The position numbers were made by a program, and so were the translations under genes. From contig NC_010655.1 in NCBI RefSeq assembly GCF_000020225.1, positions 1,920,001 through 1,952,000 of the forward strand: a stretch of DNA of 32,000 nucleotides, in the 5' to 3' direction. Every line of letters starts with the position of its first letter. The first letter of the stretch is position 1. The stretch is from Akkermansia muciniphila ATCC BAA-835. GTDB lineage: Bacteria; Verrucomicrobiota; Verrucomicrobiia; Verrucomicrobiales; Akkermansiaceae. Of the stretch, positions 26,097 to 32,000 are shown in pieces. Below the pieces are notes generated by a model. That model was not told where the DNA came from and made no database searches. It saw only the letters and a program-made list of their open reading frames with translations.

Positions 26097-26702
26097 ATGT
26101 TTACCGGACTCGTTGAAACAACAGGAACCGTGGAAGGATTTACGCCTATTAACGGCGGAGCCAGGCTGACGCTGACCATTCCGTTCGGCCGTGAACTTGC
26201 CCTGGGGGATTCCGTTGCCGTCAACGGATGCTGCCTGACGGTGGATGCCCTGGAGGGTGAACGTATCTCCTTTGATCTGCTTTCCCAGACTCTCCGCGTC
26301 ACCAGTCTGGGAACCCTCAAGCCGGGGATGCTGGTTAATCTGGAACGCGCCATGTCCGCCATGGACCGTTTCGGAGGCCACTTCGTGATGGGGCATGTGG
26401 ACCATACCGGTACGATTGCCGCTCTGGAGCCTGCAGGGCAGGATCACCGTTTGGAGGTGCGCATTCCGGAGGAACTCACCCGCTATTGTATTGACAAGGG
26501 TTCCATCACCATTGACGGCATTTCCCTGACCATAGCCAATTTGAGCGGCTCTCTGCTGGAGTTCTGGATTACGCCCCATACTTTCGGCCGCACGAATCTG
26601 CAGAATTCCGTTCCCGGCCAGCCGGTCAATCTGGAAGTGGATATGCTGGCCAAGTATGTAGAGAGACTGTTTTCTGCCCGTGAACAACGTGCGGAGGGAT
26701 AG
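26097..26702 (+). CDS. ribE: Riboflavin synthase (alpha chain)
   Basis: It has MFTGLVETTGTV..., two lumazine-binding repeats (GDSVAVNGCCLTV; GSITIDGISLTI) and NLEVDMLAKY. Confidence 0.95.
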   Translation: MFTGLVETTGTVEGFTPINGGARLTLTIPFGRELALGDSVAVNGCCLTVDALEGERISFDLLSQTLRVTSLGTLKPGMLVNLERAMSAMDRFGGHFVMGHVDHTGTIAALEPAGQDHRLEVRIPEELTRYCIDKGSITIDGISLTIANLSGSLLEFWITPHTFGRTNLQNSVPGQPVNLEVDMLAKYVERLFSAREQRAEG

Positions 26703-26895
26703 TCCTGCCCGTGTAAGGAGAATCACATGCCGGGCATGCGGGCTGGTTTTTCCTGCCGGACAATGAAAGTGCATTCCTGTTTTCTGTAGCAGGGGTGCCG
26801 GGATGCGGAGATTTTTGAACTGGAAGCCGGGTATTGCTGTTCCGATGAAGGAAGGGCCGTGAGGGCGGAACAAAAATGCGGAGCGGATCTATTTG

Positions 26896-27756
26896 CTACC
26901 GGGCCATTCCTCCCTTTGCCGTAATCCATTTCCCGCGTTTGACGACCCGTTCAAAGAACAGACCGTGACGTTCCGCTGCCGTTTTCGTTTCTTCCCACTG
27001 GGAAGCCAGAATGCCGGAGATGACCAAAGCGGCATCCTTCTTCATGGCGGCGATGATTTGTGGAAAAGCCTTTTGCAGTATGGTTGAAAACAGGTTGGCG
27101 ACGACAAGGTCACCCTGCTGGGACTCCGAAGGTTTCCATTTGAAGACGTCTTCCACAAATAAGTCCAGCTGTTCCGCCGTAACGGCGTTGCGGACCATGT
27201 TGTGCCGGGCCACTTCAATGGCCATGGGGTCAAAATCGAAAGCCGTGGCGTGCTCCGCCCCCAGCTTCAGCGCCGCCATGGCCAGCACGGCGGTTCCGCA
27301 GCCTATGTCCGTCATGCTCCATGATGTTTTTCTGCGGGATTTGGCAGCGTCGCAGATAAAACGCAGGCAGGTGGATGTGGTAGCGTGGTCTCCTGTTCCG
27401 AAAGCCATTTCGGCGGGAACGCTCAGGATGCAGCGCGAGGGGAACTGTTTCTGCAGAGCGGCCAGATTCTCCGGAGAACTCTGCTCCGTAATGACCAGTG
27501 CGTCCCTTATTTTGAGCGGAGGGCGTTTTTCCCGCTTCTGGGTCGCTACCCAGTCCTGCGTCTTGATTTCCCTGACAGTTCCTCCAAAATATTTTTTCAA
27601 GGCCAGGGCGTCTTCTTCATCATCGCAGTAAACGGTGATTCGAACCGTTTTCCCCCCCTTGATTTTTGTAATAACGGCGTTCGGATTTCCGGCGATGCGT
27701 TCGCTCCAGGCATCTTCCCATTTGGCGGCGGAAAGTTTGTTCCAACTCCATGTCAT
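26896..27756 (-). CDS. prmA: Ribosomal protein L11 methyltransferase
   Basis: It has MAFGTGDHATTSTCL and the SAM-binding motif DIGCGTAVLAMAALKLGA...AFDFDP. The length (286 aa) is typical. Confidence 0.9.
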   Translation of the reverse strand: MTWSWNKLSAAKWEDAWSERIAGNPNAVITKIKGGKTVRITVYCDDEEDALALKKYFGGTVREIKTQDWVATQKREKRPPLKIRDALVITEQSSPENLAALQKQFPSRCILSVPAEMAFGTGDHATTSTCLRFICDAAKSRRKTSWSMTDIGCGTAVLAMAALKLGAEHATAFDFDPMAIEVARHNMVRNAVTAEQLDLFVEDVFKWKPSESQQGDLVVANLFSTILQKAFPQIIAAMKKDAALVISGILASQWEETKTAAERHGLFFERVVKRGKWITAKGGMAR

Positions 27757-27919
27757 GCAGAAAGTATGGGATTTTTCCGTCAGGGAGGCAAGAATGGATT
27801 GATTGTAACTGCATTCTCGCAGTTTTTGGGATTGTGTGGCTCTATTGTTGAAAATTTGATTTATTCAAAGAAGAATATAAAGCGTCAACTATCAAACCAT
27901 TTTATTTTCAGTATGGTTG

Positions 27920-28080
27920 CGAATTTGGAATCCGGAGTAAAGATTATTTTTTTATATTCAATGGCCAACCTGTAAGAAGAGGAAGGAATCTTGTTCTGTT
28001 TCAATCTTTTTTTCTAACAATAATTCATTGATTGTTATTTTGTTGTTTTGAATTTCGAATAACAACGGATTCCAAATTCG
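27920..28080. repeat. 15-bp inverted-repeat pair bracketing a 131-bp AT-rich segment (candidate inverton or operator pair) upstream of the autotransporter gene
   Basis: CGAATTTGGAATCCG at 27920-27934 and its exact reverse complement CGGATTCCAAATTCG at 28066-28080. It matches the repeat at 21203/21406 at 13 of 15 positions. The right copy ends 8 nt before the SD AAGGAG (28089-28094). Confidence 0.6.
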
Positions 28081-28099
28081 TACATTAAAAGGAGCGCGT

Positions 28100-31000
28100 T
28101 TGATATGCAAAAAACATCCAAATGTACAGATTATCATGAAATTATTTGCTTTTGCCATGTTGTCCTTGGTTCCTTTAGTTACTGTCTGTTCCGTTTTTTC
28201 CAAGGAAGTGGATATTTATTCAGGAACATATGGAAACGATGATGTGGAAGTATTCCAGCCGGAGGAAGTGACGTATCATCTGGCCGGAAGGGATGGCGTC
28301 TTTTATGAAGGTGCGTTTACGTTTGATAATTATAATCCGGACAAGGGCGGCGCCGGAAACAGGCAGGGTGTTTTCTCCGGCTATAGTACACATTTTTCCA
28401 GCACGGAAGGAACGTCTCTCGGCTTTCACTGTACCGGGCTTAATCCCGGAAAGAACAGTTCCGCTTCCAAATCTTTTATTTTTGTCATGGGGCCATGGGA
28501 AAGCGGGGAGGAGTTTGTCGCTCCTCAGGTTACTTTTCAGAATTTGGGCGATTTGAGCTTCATTGCGGATAATATGGACATGATCGGCATTACCGATGGC
28601 GCCACGGCCGGAACCGGTGGCGGGAGGTACGGGAAAGCTGATATTGTTTCTTTCAACAATGTAGGAAATATCGAATTCCGGGGGCTGAATCATGGGGGTA
28701 TAGGCTTCAGCCGTTTGAATTCCTTGGCTTTTACCAATACCGGGGATATTTCTTTTACGGATATGAAGATGGGATATTCTTCCAATGGCGGTGCCATTTT
28801 TATTAACCAGGGGGGGGATTCTTCCCTTTACTCCAATCCTGGAGATGGGAATATTTCTTTTGACCATACGGGAAATATTATCTTCAGGAATCTTGTTAAA
28901 ACTTCTTATTACATGAGTTCTGCGGGGATTTTTACCAATGAAGGGAGTATTTCATTTAATGATACGGAAAATATCCTGTTTGAAAATAACACGTCCACCG
29001 GAGGACCTGCGGCGATAGGCATTGGATCCATATTCTTACCGGATAACCAGCCGTCTTTGTCGTTTAGCAACATCCGGGGAGATATTATTTTTAGAAATAA
29101 TAAGGCTTCCGGAGGGAGCATGCCGGGGATGGCGGGCGCTATCACTATTTATGGATCTTTTAAGCTGGTGCAAACGGGTGATGTCCTGTTTGAAAATAAT
29201 GTGACTGATAAAAATACGGCCGGAGCCATTTATTGCGGCAATAATGAAGGGAAAAGGTTTGGAGGGCAATGGCTTTTGTCTGCGGATGGCGGGAATATCG
29301 TTTTCCGAGGCAACTTGGTTAAAGGAAGTTCGGGGGTCTTTGCCCGCGCCCTGGGGATTTTTGCTTATGCTCCCGAAAACGATTATACGGGCATATCTCA
29401 GCCCAATGGGAATTTAACCATGGATTTCCGCGCCCAGGCCGGACGAGAAATTGTATTTTATGATGGTATTGATATTGAAAGTATTACTGTAGCCATGCCT
29501 ACCCTGCATATTAACAGAATTCCGGCCGATTGGGCAGATTATGGAGGTATTCCTGTGGAGTTTGGAGGAACCGTGCGTTTTTCCGGTGCATTGACGGAGT
29601 CGTTTCTAGTTCGCAATGACGGGGAAAGTGATGGTGATTACGCGGAACGGGTGGAGACCTCCCGCAGGGTGAAACTTGAATCAAATATTATTGTGGAAGG
29701 GGGACGGCTGGTTCTTGAATACGGCATGAACCTGGCGAATGAGAGTGGGGATGTATGGCAGGGAAGTTCAAGAGTGGAGCAGGACAAACCGGTGTTTAAC
29801 CTGGCCGGCGGAGTGCTGGAAATGACGTCCGGTTCATCCATCAGCGCCCAGCAGGTGATTGTTTCCGGCCATGGCAGCGGCGCTATCCTGCGGGTGGGAG
29901 CCGCTCCCATCGGTTCCGACAGTTGGGAGGGGAAGACCTATGAACTGCCTTCCCTTTCCGCTGTCACCATTGACATGTCCCACGGGTTTGACTGGGATCT
30001 CATGCCTTTCTCGGAACGGGGGGACAGCGGTATCAACATCACCGCCTCCGGGGAATTTTTACTGGGGGGAACCATTGGAATTGCGGATACGCTGGATGAT
30101 TACGCCTCCGCCGCCTGGGGAAGGGACAGGGAGTTTGTCATTTTTAATATGGATTCTTCCAGCAAACGGCCGCAAGGAGAGCTGAAAGGGGTTATTTCCA
30201 ATACGACCCAGTCATCCACGGTTGATTCTCCCTATACCTACGGCGGTACCTGGGAATATGAATGGCGCGACATGGATGGAGATGGAGAAGATGACCAGCT
30301 GTTGGCAATTTGGAAACATGAAGCCGGATGCCGCCCGGATCAGGTCCGTCCGGAGCAGGCTGGAGAGCTTGCTCTCAATTCCCTTTGGAGTTCCGCTTCA
30401 AACGCGGCTTCTCTTGGGAATACTGCGTTGGCGCAGTTAACCCCGGTGCGGTTGTATCAGCGGTATGCACGCAATGTATGGGGAATGGGGCTGGGGGATT
30501 TCGCCCGCCAGCGTTCCCGGGGCGGCGTAGATGGTTATGACTATGACGGGGGCGGATATTCCGTTGGCATGGATTCCGATTTTGGAGGAAAGAGCGGGAT
30601 ATGGGGGATAGCGTTCGGACAAATGCACGGTTTCAGCAGGAGCCGGGATTTTAATGGGAGGATTACCCAGGATTCCCTGATGGGGAGCATTTATTGGGGG
30701 CGGATATTCCGCTCCGGCGAGCGTTCCCTGTGGACGGTGAAAGCCGATCTTACTTGGGGAATGACTGATAACTGCATGAAAAGCCGGTTCAGCAACGGTA
30801 TGGACGCTCATGGGGAATGGAACAACAGAACGTGGCTGGTCCAGGCGGAAGTTTCCAGAAGCATTCAGTATGCAGGAGGATGGACTGTGTCTCCGTTTTT
30901 GAGGATGGAGTTTACACATGGCACGGAGGCTTCTTTTCTTGAAGACGGCAGCTATGCCAGAAAATTTGAAGGAGCGGTTTTGCGCCGGTTGTCCATCCCG

Positions 31001-31300
31001 GCAGGTGTGAGTGTTGAGAGAAGTGGTGACTGGAAAGGCAGGCACTGGATGCAGGTGCTCCGCCTTTCCTATGTGGGAGATGCTATTCAGGATGTGCCGG
31101 AGGCTTCCGTTTACAGCATATACAGCGACATTTTCTGGAGGGCCCGTGGTGTCCAACCAGCCCGCCATGCCGTACGCGTGGAGTATGATGCCGCCTTGCA
31201 GTGGAATGACCGCTGGACGGTTTATGCCGGTTATGGCATGGAAGCCCGGGGAAGCTCCGTGTACCACCGCATAAATGCGGGCGTATCCAGGGCGTTTTAG
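28100..31300 (+). CDS. Autotransporter outer-membrane protein with a Pmp-type (GGA[ILV]/FxxN) beta-helix passenger
   Basis: The signal peptide is ...MKLFAFAMLSLVPLVTVCSVFS. About 7 Pmp-like repeats span aa 180-420 (NGGAIFI, IIFRNL, ILFENN, IIFRNN..AGAITI, VLFENN..AGAIYC, IVFRGN). The C-terminal roughly 300 aa form a beta-barrel domain ending GVSRAF with a terminal aromatic residue. TTG 28100 lies 5 nt after AAGGAG; an in-frame ATG at 28136 is the alternative start. Confidence 0.88.
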   Translation: MICKKHPNVQIIMKLFAFAMLSLVPLVTVCSVFSKEVDIYSGTYGNDDVEVFQPEEVTYHLAGRDGVFYEGAFTFDNYNPDKGGAGNRQGVFSGYSTHFSSTEGTSLGFHCTGLNPGKNSSASKSFIFVMGPWESGEEFVAPQVTFQNLGDLSFIADNMDMIGITDGATAGTGGGRYGKADIVSFNNVGNIEFRGLNHGGIGFSRLNSLAFTNTGDISFTDMKMGYSSNGGAIFINQGGDSSLYSNPGDGNISFDHTGNIIFRNLVKTSYYMSSAGIFTNEGSISFNDTENILFENNTSTGGPAAIGIGSIFLPDNQPSLSFSNIRGDIIFRNNKASGGSMPGMAGAITIYGSFKLVQTGDVLFENNVTDKNTAGAIYCGNNEGKRFGGQWLLSADGGNIVFRGNLVKGSSGVFARALGIFAYAPENDYTGISQPNGNLTMDFRAQAGREIVFYDGIDIESITVAMPTLHINRIPADWADYGGIPVEFGGTVRFSGALTESFLVRNDGESDGDYAERVETSRRVKLESNIIVEGGRLVLEYGMNLANESGDVWQGSSRVEQDKPVFNLAGGVLEMTSGSSISAQQVIVSGHGSGAILRVGAAPIGSDSWEGKTYELPSLSAVTIDMSHGFDWDLMPFSERGDSGINITASGEFLLGGTIGIADTLDDYASAAWGRDREFVIFNMDSSSKRPQGELKGVISNTTQSSTVDSPYTYGGTWEYEWRDMDGDGEDDQLLAIWKHEAGCRPDQVRPEQAGELALNSLWSSASNAASLGNTALAQLTPVRLYQRYARNVWGMGLGDFARQRSRGGVDGYDYDGGGYSVGMDSDFGGKSGIWGIAFGQMHGFSRSRDFNGRITQDSLMGSIYWGRIFRSGERSLWTVKADLTWGMTDNCMKSRFSNGMDAHGEWNNRTWLVQAEVSRSIQYAGGWTVSPFLRMEFTHGTEASFLEDGSYARKFEGAVLRRLSIPAGVSVERSGDWKGRHWMQVLRLSYVGDAIQDVPEASVYSIYSDIFWRARGVQPARHAVRVEYDAALQWNDRWTVYAGYGMEARGSSVYHRINAGVSRAF

Positions 31301-31323
31301 GAAACGTCAGCACGGATAGAAAA

Positions 31324-31358
31324 AAGGGCACGTTTTCGAAGGAAACGCGCCCTTTTTT
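31324..31358. terminator. Bidirectional rho-independent terminator shared by the autotransporter gene and malQ
   Basis: AAGGGCACGTTT (31324-31335) pairs with AAACGCGCCCTT (31343-31354) as a 12-bp stem with one mismatch. It is flanked by an A-run upstream (31321-31325) and TTTT downstream (31355-31358), so a U-tract follows on either strand. Confidence 0.8.
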
Positions 31359-31395
31359 GATACTGCGGGGGGGATGTTCCGGCAGGGGGGGACAG

Positions 31396-32000
31396 CTACA
31401 ATGTTTTGCCGTTCGGCCACATCAGCATCCGTTTCAGGAAGCGTTCGTTGTTGACGGTGATCTTCGGGAAGAGGCGTTTGCTGGATTCCTTGAGCGCCCT
31501 GATGGCGTCTTCACCCTGCAGCGGCGTGCGGCCAGATTCGTCGATGATGGTGCGCAGCCATGCGGTCTGTGGCATGCCGCATGCTTCCACGGCCTTGAAG
31601 GGCATGCGTTCCCTCCAGTTGGTCCCTCCCGTAGTGCCGGGAATATTGAGCCGTTTGTTGATGCCGAAGAGAGCAGGCCAGAGAATGGCCGCATAACGGG
31701 AACGGGAACGGAACAGAGCGTTGTACATGGCCGTCTTGATTTCCTGGTTCCAGTAGGAAAGACAGGTTTCAGGCTGCATGCCGGAGAAATCCGCAAACCA
31801 TTTCAGAAGGCGCGCTCCGTCCTCCGCCTGGCGCACGATGTTTTCCTGTTCCGGGCTGGACGGCGTTTTTGGGGAGCCGTTCTCCCACAGGCCCAGCTTG
31901 CGGGCGCGTTCGATTTTCGCGTAGCTGTCGTTCCATGTCTGCATGATGGTTTCGAAATCATGCGTTCCGAACGCCGCAAAGGAGCATTCGTGATATTCTT
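31396..32000 (-). CDS. malQ: 4-alpha-glucanotransferase (amylomaltase, GH77), C-terminal part; the gene runs off the right edge
   Basis: The reading frame stays open upstream of the tracked Met to position 32000 (...EYHECSFAAFGTHDFETIMQTW...). It carries GTHD and the C-terminal NIPGTTGGTNWRERMP motif typical of MalQ. Confidence 0.8.
   Translation of the reverse strand, partial: EYHECSFAAFGTHDFETIMQTWNDSYAKIERARKLGLWENGSPKTPSSPEQENIVRQAEDGARLLKWFADFSGMQPETCLSYWNQEIKTAMYNALFRSRSRYAAILWPALFGINKRLNIPGTTGGTNWRERMPFKAVEACGMPQTAWLRTIIDESGRTPLQGEDAIRALKESSKRLFPKITVNNERFLKRMLMWPNGKTL

Noticed and set aside
3372-26873. Other long shadow ORFs: 3372..5195(+), 5425..6423(-), 7919..9238(+), 8001..8936(-), 9607..11061(+), 10601..12934(+), 13247..14038(+), 13962..14618(+), 19717..20871(+), 22827..24287(+), 25221..26873(-), plus 31..552(+) and the many ORFs of 60-200 aa
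   Set aside because: Each lies opposite to, or out of frame with, a gene that has clear family motifs. Their compositions are Arg/Gly/His/Pro-rich and low in complexity. Several would need to span two or three real genes.
28105-28242. A 45-codon out-of-frame ORF (MQKTSKCTDYHEIICFCHVV...) starting at the ATG 10 nt after the autotransporter SD
   Set aside because: Its Cys/Phe/Tyr-rich composition is what AT-rich DNA gives in any frame. It overlaps the signal-peptide coding region. It is worth remembering only because it makes the true start (TTG 28100 or ATG 28136) ambiguous.
1-32000. A search for tRNA/rRNA genes, CRISPR arrays, IS elements or transposases, integrases, toxin-antitoxin pairs and defence-system genes
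   Set aside because: No cloverleaf-capable segments were seen in the intergenic regions. There are no regularly spaced direct repeats. No ORF has transposase, integrase, nuclease or ATPase defence motifs. All large ORFs are accounted for by metabolic or envelope functions.

Overview
The window is mostly housekeeping chromosome. By eye it is about 55-60% GC, with AT-rich intergenic islands. I think it is Verrucomicrobiota (Akkermansia-like), based on composition, gene content and a Pmp-repeat autotransporter; a BLAST search is needed to confirm this. The core is an 11-gene complex I operon, nuoD to nuoN, on the minus strand (8195-21012). Left of it lie larC (partial), a polyprenyl diphosphate synthase, a POT peptide transporter, a PpiD-like chaperone, sufT with a tightly coupled unknown gene, and a secreted DUF3472-like protein followed by an untracked 50-codon membrane ORF. 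Right of it lie a polytopic GT-C-like membrane protein converging on a secreted CE4 polysaccharide deacetylase, a DUF1504-like transporter, ribE, prmA, a 1066-aa Pmp-repeat autotransporter and malQ (partial). I found no tRNA, rRNA, CRISPR array, IS element or prophage. The best lead is a pair of paralogous 15-bp inverted-repeat pairs with consensus CGRATTWGGAATCCG. They bracket 188-bp and 131-bp segments that end 13 and 19 nt upstream of the start codons of the two envelope genes (the GT-C-like protein and the autotransporter). This is the layout of invertible promoters, but no recombinase lies in the window. Secondary leads are the absence of nuoA/B/C at the head of the operon, insertions in the NuoH and NuoJ loops, and a GC mosaic inside the autotransporter gene. 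The many long ORFs antisense to real genes are shadow ORFs and were rejected.
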